A DNA stretch of 64,000 nucleotides, taken from Asterias rubens. Taxonomy: Eukaryota. The notes beneath the pieces were generated by a model that had not been told where the DNA came from, did not search any database, and saw nothing but the letters and a program-made list of their open reading frames with translations. This document shows, piece after piece, positions 1 to 12,320 of the stretch (position 1 is its first letter; each line of letters opens with the position of its first letter). Position numbers and translations under genes: made by a program. Location: contig NC_047083.1 in assembly GCF_902459465.1 (NCBI RefSeq), forward strand, positions 682,001-746,000, read 5' to 3'.

Positions 1-155
1 CTTGCTGGGTAGCTTCTTTTGAGAATTATTACTTTGGAGTAGATTTTTTGGAATTCAGGAGACTTTTCTACTAACGCAGAGTAGGTTTCAGAATTTGGGA
101 GACTTCTGAGTTCTGCTATATATAAATATACTAATCTTGAAGTCGAACCACTTAC

Positions 156-219
156 CATCATCAAGTTTGTTTGCCTTTACAATCTTCTCAGCATGGTCTA
201 TAATGTTGGAACACTCAAT
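156..219 (-). CDS. PRMT1: Protein arginine N-methyltransferase 1, coding exon 4 (gene continues beyond left edge)
   Basis: tttgtttag|ATTGAGTGT...GATGATG|gtaagt translates [21 protein letters not shown], matching PRMT1 [21 protein letters not shown]. Confidence 0.93.
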
Positions 220-426
220 CTAAACAAAGGACAAGAAAAGTAACAATTTAATTTGAGTATTTAGATGAAGACAAATGTCTCCTTTCTGAAATTTGTAATT
301 GTAGGAATGTTCTAATTTGAAGGAATGAGTAATATAGTGCGCACAAGTATAGATGACATCATCAAACTGCTGGAACATTTCATTTGAACGCTCAAAATAC
401 GAATGCACATATTCCTGCACTTCAAG

Positions 427-943
427 TTCAACACAATGAAGCGGTACTAATCTAGATTGCATGTGTGTTGTGCTCCTGTTCAACACAATGTAGCGGTACT
501 AATCTAGATTGCATGTGTGGTGTGCTCCTGTTCAACACAATGAAGCGGTACTAATCTAGATTGCATGTGTGGTGTGCTCCTGTTCAACACAATGAAGCGG
601 TACTAATCTAGATTGCATGTGTGGTGTGCTCCTGTTCAACACAATGAAGCGGTACTAATCTAGATTGCATGTGTGGTGTGCTCCTGTTCAACACAATGAA
701 GCGGTACTAATCTAGATTGCATGTGTGGTGTGCTCCTGTTCAACACAATGAAGCGGTACTAATCTAGATTGCATGTGTGGTGTGCTCCTGTTCAACACAA
801 TGAAGCGGTACTAATCTAGATTGCATGTGTGGTGTGCTCCTGTTCAACACAATGAAGCGGTACTAATCTAGATTGCATGTGTGGTGTGCTCCTGTTCAAC
901 ACAATGAAGGGGTACTAATCTAGATTGCATGTGTGGTGTGCTC
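427..943. repeat. 52-bp minisatellite, about 10 near-identical copies, in a PRMT1 intron
   Basis: Unit TTCAACACAATGAAGCGGTACTAATCTAGATTGCATGTGTGGTGTGCTCCTG starts at 427, 479, 531 ... 843, 895. Confidence 0.97.
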
Positions 944-959
944 ACTAAGAACATGCCTG

Positions 960-1113
960 ACTTTTGAGACGCTGTCGTAACCAAGGTTCTTTTGAGACGC
1001 TGTCATAACCAAGGTTCTTTGATCATAGACTTTTGAGACGCTGTCGTAACCAAGGTTCTTTGATCATAGACTTTTGAGACGCTGTCATAACCAAGGTTCT
1101 TTGATCATAGACT
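960..1113. repeat. 41-bp tandem repeat, about 4 copies (first shortened)
   Basis: Unit TTTTGAGACGCTGTCRTAACCAAGGTTCTTTGATCATAGAC. Confidence 0.92.
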
Positions 1114-1198
1114 TAATTGGAAAAAATTAGTCAGAGTCAGTGGGGATTGGTCAGCAACAAATGCAAACAAATTCTTTTTATAACCAAATCCAAAGCTA

Positions 1199-1405
<207 letters not shown>

Positions 1406-1661
1406 TCAATCACCAAAAAAATGGATTTATACAAATGTCTTTGAACAATATTCTCATTTATTTATTTCTGTTCAGTCATTCCACATCCAACAGCACAATT
1501 AGTGCCAATAACAGGACGAATGGGGAACAAGAAGAAATGTTTAATTTTACATTTGGAAGGAAAACCCAAGAGGGGAAAACACCCGCAATGTAGGGATTGA
1601 AAACCCAATCAACAGTAAAGGCTCCGGCTAAAGTGGGATCCACAGAAACCACTGAGCCAAC

Positions 1662-1915
1662 CAGGGCCCAATTTCATGGCTCTGCTTACCGCCGAATTTT
1701 GCGCTTACGAACACGATTCCCCGTTTACATGCAAGCGCCAAATTTTTGCGCTAGCCTTGTAAGCGTAGAATGCCTAGTCACGTGGAGTACGCACGCGCAG
1801 AAGCCAAAATTCGCCGCTAACCCGTGAAATAGGCTTGTCGTAAGCACAGAACTCCCTGCTTCCGTAAGCGCCGATTCTGTGCTTACGGTAAGCAGAGCCA
1901 TGAAATTGGGCCCTG
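1662..1915. mobile_element. MITE with perfect 30-bp TIRs (CAGGGCCCAATTTCAT family); single-end relics at about 4440, 20450, 21930, 30280, 55270
   Basis: CAGGGCCCAATTTCATGGCTCTGCTTACCG ... CGGTAAGCAGAGCCATGAAATTGGGCCCTG; no TSD found. Confidence 0.85.
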
Positions 1916-2093
1916 ATCCCTGTGTAAAGCCCGTGTTCTCCTTTAGCAGAAAAGAGCAGGATACCAGTCACAAAAATGATATGCGACAAGGTAATTTGGC
2001 TGGTAATCTTATTGTGGTAAGCAAAAGAAGAAGGTACTTATCGCGGTACAAGTATACCCCAATTAGGAATCGGGAGAATAGGTATACACCAAT

Positions 2094-2180
2094 AATAATG
2101 ATAATATAAATAGTAATAATTTATTTTTAATATAGTGTCTTACATAATAAATCTCAAAACGCTGTACAGAATTTTACATA
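2094..2180 (-). mobile_element. L2-type LINE/SINE 3' tail relic
   Basis: Minus strand reads tacagcgttttgagat...taagacactatatt...(AT-rich TAA-type tail), typical of L2-dependent 3' ends. Confidence 0.5.
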
Positions 2181-2422
2181 ATTATTATAAACATTAAGCT
2201 AAAAAGAGTAAACAAAACACAGCAAAATTACATTGTACAATAAGAACGACAAAACAAACAATGACATACACCAATACGCGACATTCAACAATACCTAAGT
2301 GTTGAGGACTGCGTGCGTTATTGCTGCGGTGTCTTCAGTGCCTGGATTACGCACAAAGAACCGCAGTTGACAAGTTTTGTCAATAGAGGGCGCTACCAAT
2401 TTTGTTTGGTCAGATTGGTCTA

Positions 2423-2623
<201 letters not shown>

Positions 2624-3361
2624 CTATTATTCATTGGAGGGAGGGAATATCAATAAGTAACACATAAAAAAGTGATGAAGAAAAAAAGTGATGAAGAAAA
2701 AAAGTGCTACGAATTGTGAAATTATATTAAAAAGATATTTAATACTTGGCTGTACCCGCAAGTTTAATTTAAAACATAACTTAAAGTTATTATACGTTAG
2801 TTTTTATTTTTAGGTGTTGTGTTGTAGCCTAATTGTACAGATAAACAAGCGGAGTGGATTTGTTTTTATTCTATTTTAAAATGAATGAATAAGTGGTGGC
2901 AGGATATGGAAACTTTCTCTAAAATCTAACAAAGTTGACCGGGTGGGACCGGCTTTCGATTCGAGTTCGAGTTCGACATTCGATTCGTCAAACAAAACAG
3001 TTTATAAATAGTTTTAAAAATAAAGGGGAACTTACACACAACTAAAATGTTTGTATTATGTTTGCTAAATGTGCTAAGGACACACCATTTTATTTAGCTC
3101 ACGTTTGGATGGAAATAATTTCACAAAGAAAAGAAAGGTCGAGTTGACTGTAAAGTGCGCACGTGCACGTTGTTTTCCGGAAAAAAAATAGACAGCTAAA
3201 AAAGTAAAACTCGCAACAAAATTCAATCTCAATTAACATTACCAAGCACATTAATAATCTTGGAATCACAATACATATAATCTATAATAAAACTGAAACA
3301 GAAATTCAAGATAATTAGTCAATAAAACTGACAAAATTTCCTACAAACAGAAAATACAAAC

Positions 3362-3379
3362 CTCCATCGTTTCTGCCAT
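3362..3379 (-). CDS. PRMT1: PRMT1 coding exon 1 (MAETME)
   Basis: ATG GCA GAA ACG ATG GAG|gtttgt, phase 0, joins exon 2 in frame; resembles the short vertebrate first exon ending in ME. Confidence 0.75.
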
Positions 3380-3921
3380 GCTGCATCTACTTATTGAACG
3401 AAATTAAATGCACGCCATGCGGCTTGGGTACTACGTCACAGAAACTGGAGGTCAAAGGGAACGGACACAAGTAAAATTAATTATGTATGCTGTTAAAGTA
3501 AACCTTGAGGCCAGCTTCTTTTCTTTAGCTTGTTTACTCTGTGGTTTAATGGGGTATTTCTGTTTACAAATTTATTAAAAATACATTGTGCTATAACATC
3601 GAGTATTTCGAAATGAAACCTAAGCCATTTTAATGAAAATATATTATTTAATTTTTTCTATTTCATTCTTCAGCAAACTAGAAAAGAATAACTATTATTT
3701 TACTTTTGTAAACATAATTTTGTTTCGGCCCACCCTCGGTTTGTGCCAACACAAATTTTAACAGTGCACATATTTTTGCATGTCGTCGATCCGTTGTGTG
3801 TCTCATTTACATAATAAACCGCAAAGTGGATCTTGGCACCACACGAAACGATCTGACTTATAAAATCGAATTCCTCAAGAAATTCATCTATTTCTACAAG
3901 TTGTCCAGCGATCACAAACTT
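3380..3921. promoter_or_regulatory. Putative bidirectional promoter plus non-coding first exon of the tetraspanin
   Basis: PRMT1 ATG at 3379 (minus); strong plus-strand donor tt|gtaagta at 3922; TACGTCA element at about 3431. Confidence 0.5.
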
Positions 3922-4673
3922 GTAAGTAAATTATTAAAATCTGTATTTATTTGATGATGTAAATATTGTAGGTGCGTGGAAATCGGGCTGAAGGTTTGTA
4001 AGTAATTTGAGTGAAATTAGAGTGGGATTTGCACTGTCAATGTCGTTCACACACCCGTGTGACGACTGAGTAATGATGGGGTGACAGACGTCGATTGACG
4101 GGGGATGGAAGGAGCTTCACACGGTCGGTCGGGCGGGCGCGGGCCTGTCGGTGTGGTGTGGTGAGAGATCGAATCATTTCAGAGATTGTAGGCTGAGCCG
4201 TTGAGATAATTGCCAATTTATGAGTGACAATCTATGATAAATGGAGGGCGCCCATGAGTTGGATTGCAGCCGACAGTGTACTGTTTTTAAGCTGAGCAAA
4301 CTAAGTTAACTAGCCAAGCACAGAAAAACCTTGTTAAGCAAAAATAGTTTCCCATCCATCATTTACATTGCGATGTGACTGGTGCCCAACTCATTTTTTG
4401 CTAAGCAAAGATAATTTCTAAGCAGTGTTTTCTGCTAAACATGAAATTGGGCCCCTGTGTGTAGTGAGTGGAAAAGCAGAACATCATGGAAGGCAAACAA
4501 AAAGGGGAATAATTATAATGGAAAAAAAATATTTAAAGAAATAGGGCCTCATATTAATAATATTTAACATAATTCGCACACATAATAACAACATTAGTAT
4601 TGGTAAAACAATAATAAATCATTTGTCATTTGATCCTACTATAATATGTAACTAGACTAGGGGAAGGGTGTTG

Positions 4674-4781
4674 CTACTTCTAGAAACTATTTTAAGGCTC
4701 CCCGTGAGCGGGGAGCGCTACTTCTAGAAACTATTATAAGGCTCCCCCGTGAGCGGGGAGCCTCATAGTTTCTAGAAGTAG
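4674..4781. repeat. Short palindromic element with GC hairpin, partly tandem-duplicated
   Basis: CTACTTCTAGAAACTAT..GGCTCCCC(C)GTGAGCGGGGAGCC..ATAGTTTCTAGAAGTAG. Confidence 0.75.
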
Positions 4782-5515
4782 GGTTTAGCAGCGCTGAGGA
4801 ATAATGTCATAATTTTTAATATGATGTAGCAATTTGAATTCATGATTTTGTTTTTGCTTCATACAAGTTTTGATATATACATGTACATGTATATCAACGC
4901 TAAAGTATGATCATTCCTCTTTTGGAGTAGCGCTTGGTAACATACAATTTGCTTAATTTAATTCTTATTTGTAATAAATTATTATCAATCATTATTTATA
5001 AATTAGGCTAATTGCTAGAATGATGAGTCAATTTGTGTAAACCCAGATGCTGGATGAACATGTTTTATGTATGAAAACCTTGTCCCTGTAATGGTTACTC
5101 CTGTCTGTGTCAGATCTCTACCGCACTATCGTTTGAGTGACATCTAAAATGAAAATGCTGAATCCTTGCTGGACCAGGATTACACCAAGCAAGATGTTAA
5201 TTACAAAACTAGAATCAAAATAAGAATTCATCATATTAAACTGTTTTACTTTATATAAAAAAAAATTAAAAATTAAAAGAAAACTCTAAGGCTAGAGAAG
5301 ATTTGTGAATTATTTATCTCCTTCTGTCTCCTGTTTCATGGGTTAGAAGTATATTTGGGTTTAAACACCACTCTTCGAGAGAAGGATGTGGAATTTTTAC
5401 AAAAGACCACCAGACTTGTCCTGTCTTGAGTTTACTGGCCCGACACTAAAATCACTGACGGTTGGTATGGTGTAAAATTCAAACTCGGCCTAGCCTTGTC
5501 TTGTGTGCCTCTTAA

Positions 5516-5908
5516 AGGCACTATACATATTTGGTAATTGTCAAAGACCAGTATTCTCACTTGGTGTATCCCATCATTTAAGCATAAAATAACAAACCTG
5601 TGAAAATTTGGGCCCAATCGGTCTTCGAAGTTGCGAGAGTGATTAAAAGAAAAAACACCCTTGTTGGACGAATTTGTGTGCTTTCAGATAGGAATAAAAG
5701 ACTTCTAGCAAGAAGTCCAAAAGACTTCGAGCAAGAAGTCTTTTATTATTTTAGTGAGAAAGTACCTTTCTCAAAAACTACGTTACTTCAGAGGGAGTCT
5801 TTTCCCACACAATGTTTGTATATTATCAACAGCTCTCCAATGCTCATTACCAAGTCAGTTTTTAAGTTAATATCTGTTTTGAGTAATTACCAAATGTGTA
5901 CCTTCCCT
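5516..5908. mobile_element. TTAA-target MITE, family A variant (Kolobok/T2-type)
   Basis: ttaa|AGGCAC...CCCT|ttaa; internal sequence shared with family A copies. Confidence 0.8.
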
Positions 5909-6310
5909 TTAAATTCTTACGCAACCTTCTTAGCTGCACCAGCTGTATGTTATTATATTATAAACGCCTCCATCTGATAAATATCATGTTATTTTAATTT
6001 AAGGTTATTTGTGCTCAGTAATTACTACTTGAGCCTCTACCTTGACTAGTACAGACTTCCAGAGCTGCCTCATGTGCATGCCAAGGAAAGACAGGAATGT
6101 AGTCAATGTCAAAGGGCAGGTTAGACTTGTCAAAGTCTGTTGGTAGGAACAATCTTAGTGTTTTTGCTCAGAACAAGTGTCATTTCCAGGATTAAAAATG
6201 AGAAAATAGAATTAGCTGATTGCAAACTGCTTACCAACCAACCGGACCTACATACATCATGTACCATCCATTTACATTGCATGGTGTAAGTGCAAACAAA
6301 TAGTTATTTT

Positions 6311-6349
6311 GCCTGATGTTTCGACCCTAGCAGAGCTTTACTAGAAGGC
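6311..6349 (-). repeat. Penelope-like terminal motif (hammerhead-like), copy 1
   Basis: GCCTTCTAGTAAAGCTCTGCTAGGGTCGAAACATCAGGC; same family as 36220-36258. Confidence 0.45.
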
Positions 6350-7794
6350 TAAGGGATTACACATACAAATAAAATAAAAATTCAGTTTATATTTTTTTAA
6401 ACATCAACACTTAAATTACTTACAATCATTGTGACTGAGTCCATGTGTCACTTGTTACAAAACAACCAAAATGAGAACCATTCTACTGCAAACAATAATT
6501 AGCTGAAACTTCTATTTTAAAAACCTCTTTTATGACTCACCTCTCCATGCTAATTTCTATTGATAGAATAGGCCTACTTCCTTAACAACTTTAATTGTTT
6601 GTTTTGTTGTTTTTATTCCTCCATGGTTATAGTATCTTTTGTATCAGTACTTGTCGGTTTGTCACATATAATCACCAAGTACCTAGCCACAAACCTGTTT
6701 TTATACCGGTAACGGTGTTGGGGGGGGGGGGGGGTAATACAAAATAAATCAGGTATTTTAAAATCTGTTTAAATGATAGGAAGGAAAATAGCAGAGAAAG
6801 GTTAGAAATGTTATTCTGCGTAAAACGTTTAAATCATGAATGATAAATCGATTAAGATGTGATGAATCACAGTTCAGCAAGTGTGTTTTTTAGTCTCGAT
6901 AACAAATTCCTTCAGATTTAGGAATCTCAAAAATGCAAAATCTAATCTATCTGTGTGTATTAGGAAAATCGATATCGTACAAACATACTTTTGTTGGAGT
7001 TGCTTGCTCCTGAAAACCTGTGTCATTCGAAGCCTGATAAAATGATTAAACTTTATAAAATAAATTTAAAAAAATTACATGTGGGCCAAGAAAATAAGCA
7101 AATCTAAATATAATGGCTTAATTCTGAAATGACCAAACAAAATCAACAATGGATGGATAATTTTTGTTCTTTTTCTTACTAATCACTGTATACATCTTGA
7201 TCAATTGGTGCGCTTTCAACCGTTGGAAAATATGTGTTAAAAATGTTATTGTTATTGTCAATGGTAAATGATAAATGATGAGTACCCTCACCTTCTGTAC
7301 TTGATGTTTATGATTCTGCTCAGTGCTCACATTTATTTGGATTATAAAGATCCCATTGCCTGAAGCATATAATAGTGATTCACTCCTTTTCAATGCCACA
7401 CTACTTGATGGCATCACTGCCCAATATGTTTATTAATCCAACTAGAATTCTAGAAGGGGAGGAGTGGCTCGTTGTAAGGCATTCACTTTCAAAATTTGGT
7501 GGAGGAATTCCAGCCATCTGTTCACACTGGTCAGTACCGGTGATATTTTGACATGTGTGTTTTTGTTTATGCAGTTTGCAAGTATGAGTTGATAAAATGA
7601 AACGGGCCTTTGCTGTTCATTTAGTGTGATTGAGATGCAAAATAACTATTTATTAAAGAGTCAATACTGTTCACACTGTTGATATTTTGACGTGTGTGTT
7701 TTGAAATGCAGTTGTGCAAAATGTATTGATAAAATGAAACGGATGTTTGCTGTTCATTGTAGTGTGATTGAGAGAGATGCAATATTATGTATTT

Positions 7795-7906
7795 AAGGCC
7801 TGTACGCTTCGTTTTTGAAAGGGCAAGGGCACGAGGCATTTTCTAGGGCACCAAGGCAATGACCAGGGGGCACAGAGGCAATTGCCTCCGTGAAGTATCA
7901 GGCCTG
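7795..7906. mobile_element. hAT-like MITE (CAGG...CCTG) with 6-bp TSD, short copy
   Basis: Flanks gtattt/ctattt (5/6 match); homologous to 9278-9453 and 16158-16331. Confidence 0.75.
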
Positions 7907-8849
7907 CTATTTATTCTAGAAAAAGGAAAACATCACTCAGTGGAAAGCATTTTTCAAAACTGTGAAAAAATAAATGTCCCCTTGTGTGCAGTATTAGAGT
8001 GGATAAAAAGAAACAGACATATGTTTTTTTTTTGTGCGTGATTGAGATGCAGTGGGACTAATTCTAGAGTTAATAATACTCTAGTGGTGGTTACACAGTG
8101 CTCTCCTCAGCATTTACCAAAATTGGGGAATTATGGACCAGAATTTTTGATGTTTGGCCAAAGCATGCCTGTTGTTGAAACCAGGTCCTCTGGATGTTTT
8201 TCTCATGTTTGTTTTTCCTCAACTAATTCAGACCAACAGGGCCAATACAGGAAAGATCTCCTCACAGTAACAAGCCATAAACGATCTTAATCAGGAAGTT
8301 GTGAGATATTTTATTGAAGGCTACAATAACAATTGTTGGTTATTGAAACCAGCATAAAAGTCTTATATTGGCTGTTTACACCTAGTTTGAGCATTTAAGG
8401 CTGGATTTGTGGCATGGTGTATGCATGGTGATACTGCAGTACTTGGAAGTAAAGTGTTTCTCAAAATTCATTTTACTACCCAAAGCTGTTTCTCAAAATA
8501 TATTATGTATTATCCAAAGCTGATGTACTTACCACATTATAAGTTTTTATTACCACTAATTTTCAGTCATTGGGCCTACCAATCCTCGAATTAACCGATG
8601 GCACTCACAGCGGTGCCATGTGCTTTTATTACTAGTGTCCTTTGTAAGGTTTCAATACAAATTGACATTTTCCTCATTGAAGTGCCCCTTAACAGAGGAA
8701 AATTGTTGTGCCCCGCCAAGAGTCAAGGGCCTGCATAACCAAATGGTACAGACCCTTTAAATGTGTCCTTTCCTTTAATCTTGAATTCTTTCAGATTACC
8801 TGACAGTGTATGCAGGCATCTTGACTTAAGGTCATCTGAGGTCGTTGCC

Positions 8850-8933
8850 ATGGGATCATCATATGATAAGGAGCCATGTTGTGGCATCTCTCTTCTTAAG
8901 TACATCCTCTTCATCTTTAACTTCTTCCTCCTG
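8850..8933 (+). CDS. CD151/TSPAN11-like tetraspanin, coding exon 1
   Basis: MGSSYDKEPCCGISLLKYILFIFNFFLL|gtgagt; acceptor ttctttcag at 8794. Confidence 0.93.
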
Positions 8934-9277
8934 GTGAGTCTTCTCAAATCTTTCTGCCACCTTTAAACAAAAGTTAAACATCAAGCCCCGTCAGTCGTGT
9001 GGATTTTTACCCCGAATTCGAGCCCTGTGTCAAGCTGATTGGATTACCTCATAAAATGCACTCACACAAAATATATTGTTATGATTGTTTGGTACAGGAT
9101 ATGCCTTAATACCTGCATGGATAAATCCCCAAAAGATCTTCTACCTTCATCTAAAAAATATTGACTGGAGATACAATATGTCGACTTTCTCCAGAAGACG
9201 ACCAGAGCATACTGATGGAAACGTTGAGTTGAAACCATCGGTTCTTTTCAGAACCACCCCCAACTCATTAGAGATAG

Positions 9278-9453
9278 CAGGCCTGATACTTCATGGAGGC
9301 AACGGAGGCGATTGCCTTCGTTGCCCCTTGCCATTGCCTTGGTGCCCTTGAAATGCTCCAGTAGAAATTTACAATTTCCTCATAGGGTGCCCTTTGCCAA
9401 GGAGAAAATGCCTTGGTGCCCTTACCCTTTCAAAAACGAAGCATACAGCCCTG
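9278..9453. mobile_element. hAT-like MITE with exact 6-bp TSD AGATAG
   Basis: agatag|CAGGCCTGATACTTC...GAAGCATACAGCCCTG|agatag. Confidence 0.85.
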
Positions 9454-9760
9454 AGATAGTCATTACATGGTGTTACCGCAAACCTTTCTATATCAGATTT
9501 CCACCATGCAAAGTTTCAAATCCTACTTAATATGTCGACTGTGACAAGTTTAGTAGTTATTTTGGAAATCATAGAGATCATTTGTTTACATCATAAATTG
9601 CTGTAAGTGGACATTTCAGAAGATTCTGAAGTACTTTTAGATTTCATTTGCTTACTAGAAATGGAAAATCACATATTAGCCATATTTTTACCATTTCCAT
9701 GTTGTAAATAAGGAAGGAAAGGGACTTATTTTACAGAATGCTTATTTATTTTTTGTCTAG

Positions 9761-9952
9761 CTCGGTGGTGCAGGCGTTTGTGGCATCGGACTCTGGACTC
9801 TACTCAAGAAATGGGACTACGCTAGCCTGCTGTGCGATGACCTCTACACAATATCAACTTACGTTCTGATCATTTCGGGTGGTGTGATCATTATCATAGC
9901 TGCATTGGGGTGCTTCGGTGCTCAACAAGAACACAAATGCTGCTTGCTTATT
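9761..9952 (+). CDS. CD151-like tetraspanin, coding exon 2 (TM1-EC1-TM2)
   Basis: tag|LGGAGVCGIGLWTLLKKWDYASLLCDDLYTISTYVLIISGGVIIIIAALGCFGAQQEHKCCLLI|gtaagt. Confidence 0.95.
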
Positions 9953-10598
9953 GTAAGTGAAGTCAGGAGACAAGACCTTCGGTTTTTGACGACCGTATTT
10001 GGCTGTTGAAGCCATTGGTATCAGTTTTAGTTACTGTCGTGAAGACTATAACTAGTATCAAAACAAAAAACAACTTTAAGGGGAGGTATGATTTTGTTTG
10101 GTTATCACTCCTACAATTAATGGAAATAGAAAACTTACTTGGCTAAGTATAGCAGCTTTTGATTGTTTCAAGCATTTTGAGAAACATTTCACTTCAAAGT
10201 TTATGTGGTTATGGAAAAAGAACATTGTTTGTCCCTTAAACAATTTGAATCTGAGAAAAATTTACTGTCAGATATTATGTTTCTCAGATTGTGTATTCCA
10301 ATGTTACGGATTGTTCTTCCTGCAAAGACAAAACAGCTCAAGATTTCTCAAAAGTGCATTTTAAAAGGTTAATTGCATTTTAAAAAACTTCATTTATATA
10401 GGATAAAAACAATCAAATGGCCACAAAAACCAAAGGTAATGTATACTTTGCCAATTAAGGTGACAAGTGGAGGCTTCAAACCTTACAGATTTCTTTCATG
10501 CCAATTTTATTTGGTCTTTCACAAATTAGAAGCAGAATTACTCATGATCTACACATAATTTCAAAACTTTCTTATTTTTTTTTATTCCCTCCTTGCAG

Positions 10599-10673
10599 TA
10601 TTTTACGTTTCTGCTCTTCCTGTGTTTAGGCGAGTTGGTTGTTGGAATTTACGTTTACATCTACAGGGAGTCC
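10599..10673 (+). CDS. CD151-like tetraspanin, coding exon 3 (TM3)
   Basis: cag|YFTFLLFLCLGELVVGIYVYIYRES|gtaagt. Confidence 0.95.
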
Positions 10674-10747
10674 GTAAGTATTATTAATATCATATACTTT
10701 ATTTATTTTGTAACACTTCACGCTGGCAAAACACTAGAGCGTCCATA

Positions 10748-11030
10748 GTAATAATAAAGAAGAATAATAATATCAGTCGTTTTTTATATAGCGCTTTATT
10801 CACCACGTCTCAAAGCGCTTCCACATTATTACCCCTGGTCACTGGGCCTTAAATCATTCTTTAAACCATCTCAGCTCCCTGGGGAGTATACAGCCTGTGC
10901 AACCAAATATGTAGCACACTAAGCTAATCTATCACAAGAACCATCTCTGCCCTCACAGGTACCCATTTACATGTACATGTACCCCTGGGTGGAGCAAGAC
11001 ACTTTACCGTAATGGCATTGTCCTTTGGAC
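10748..11030 (-). mobile_element. CORE-like SINE with L2-type tail
   Basis: caggtacccatttac...ctgggtggagcaagacacttt resembles the reverse CORE domain; tail tatatagcgctttatt...ctcaaagcgctt plus (TAA)n. Confidence 0.65.
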
Positions 11031-11272
11031 GAGTGCTTGCTATATTTCTTATTATCAACCAAAGATGCCTTCGAGTGAACTTAGGAACTGTGGCTTGCAA
11101 GTCTGAGGAGACCTGTAAACAAGTGTGCTTGCTATGTGACATAAAAAAACTGGGTTAACCCTCATCTTGGTGCAAGACGTTTCTCGTTTACCTTGTTTGT
11201 CAAGGCATTTAAACTCCAAGTTAATCAAATCAAAATTTTGTAAAACCGACTCCTCCTTTCCTTTTCTTTAAG

Positions 11273-11377
11273 GTGAATATAGAGTTAGAACGATGCTTGA
11301 ATGAGACGATTGTTGCCAATTATGGTATGAAGGGACAGAAAGAATTCACCGAAGCCTACGATGATCTCCAGAGAACC
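11273..11377 (+). CDS. CD151-like tetraspanin, coding exon 4 (EC2 helices)
   Basis: aag|VNIELERCLNETIVANYGMKGQKEFTEAYDDLQRT|gtgagt. Confidence 0.95.
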
Positions 11378-11439
11378 GTGAGTATTTTTTTCTTTTTCTT
11401 TTTTTTCAAGAACAATTAGCACCAATAACCAAGTATGAA

Positions 11440-11640
11440 ATGAGAAGAAAGGTTCACTTCTAGAGGAAAACCCCAAATGGGGAAAACTCACACAATCAGT
11501 TAGGGATCGGAAACCTAACCACGGAAAGCTCCGGTTTGAGGCTCTATTACATGCATAACACAACACACTGGACCTCCAGTTTAACGTCCCATCTGAAGGA
11601 CAAAGCAACAATGGTTACATGTCCCGCTTAGGGACACAAG
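11440..11640 (-). mobile_element. SINE-like dispersed repeat (related pieces at about 1545-1610 and 51495-51685)
   Basis: Shared ggaaaaccc...gggat(t/c)g(a/g)aaacc(c/t)aa motif; the 51.6-kb copy carries a B-box (ggttcgaatccc on minus). Confidence 0.5.
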
Positions 11641-11646
11641 TGGTAA

Positions 11647-12012
11647 AGCCATTGGACCCTTTCGGTACAGAAAAAAAAAAAAAAGTTCACAGATTTACAA
11701 ATAATTTACAGGGTTTACAGAAGGTAATGGTGAAAGACTTCTCTTGAAATATTAGTCCATGAAATGCTTTACTTTTTGAGAAAACGGTAAAACAATATAA
11801 ATTCTCGTTAACGAGAATTACGGATTTGTTATAAACACATGTCATGACACGGCGAAACGCGCGAAAACAGGAGTGGGTTTTCCCGTTATTTTCTCCCGAC
11901 TCCGATGTCCGATTGAGCCTAAATTTCCACAGGATTGTTATTTTATATATAAGTTGTGATACACGAAGTGTGGGACTTGGACAATACTGTTTACCGAAAG
12001 GGTCCAATGGCT
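11647..12012. mobile_element. TTAA-type MITE, family C
   Basis: AGCCATTGGACCCTTTCGGTA...TACCGAAAGGGTCCAATGGCT|ttaa; 21-bp TIR. Confidence 0.85.
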
Positions 12013-12320
12013 TTAAGACTGAGACTCGAAGCCACACCAGAGTTTGAAATCGGTGCGCTTAACTGCTCAGCAAATACACACGGTACAGAAATTCATGGTT
12101 TACCTGTAAGAACTTTAATAATATGTATTCCCAACCTGCCAATCGGTGAGTCTGACATGGTCTAAACTAAAGTGAGCCAGCTTTTGCAAGTTCCCTTTGC
12201 TGATGCGTTTTCGAAATAAACATGTTATTGCACTGTCTTCAAAGAGATTCATTCCAACAATGAAAGTTGCAATATTAGTTTAGAAATCCAATCTATCTGT
12301 TTCACTTCCTACTTGTATAG

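Noticed and set aside
220-486. 88-aa minus-strand ORF
   Set aside because: Lies in a PRMT1 intron, starts inside the 52-bp repeat, and has no recognisable motif.
427-943. CRISPR-like appearance of regular repeats
   Set aside because: Units are contiguous with no unique spacers; eukaryotic intron; no cas genes.
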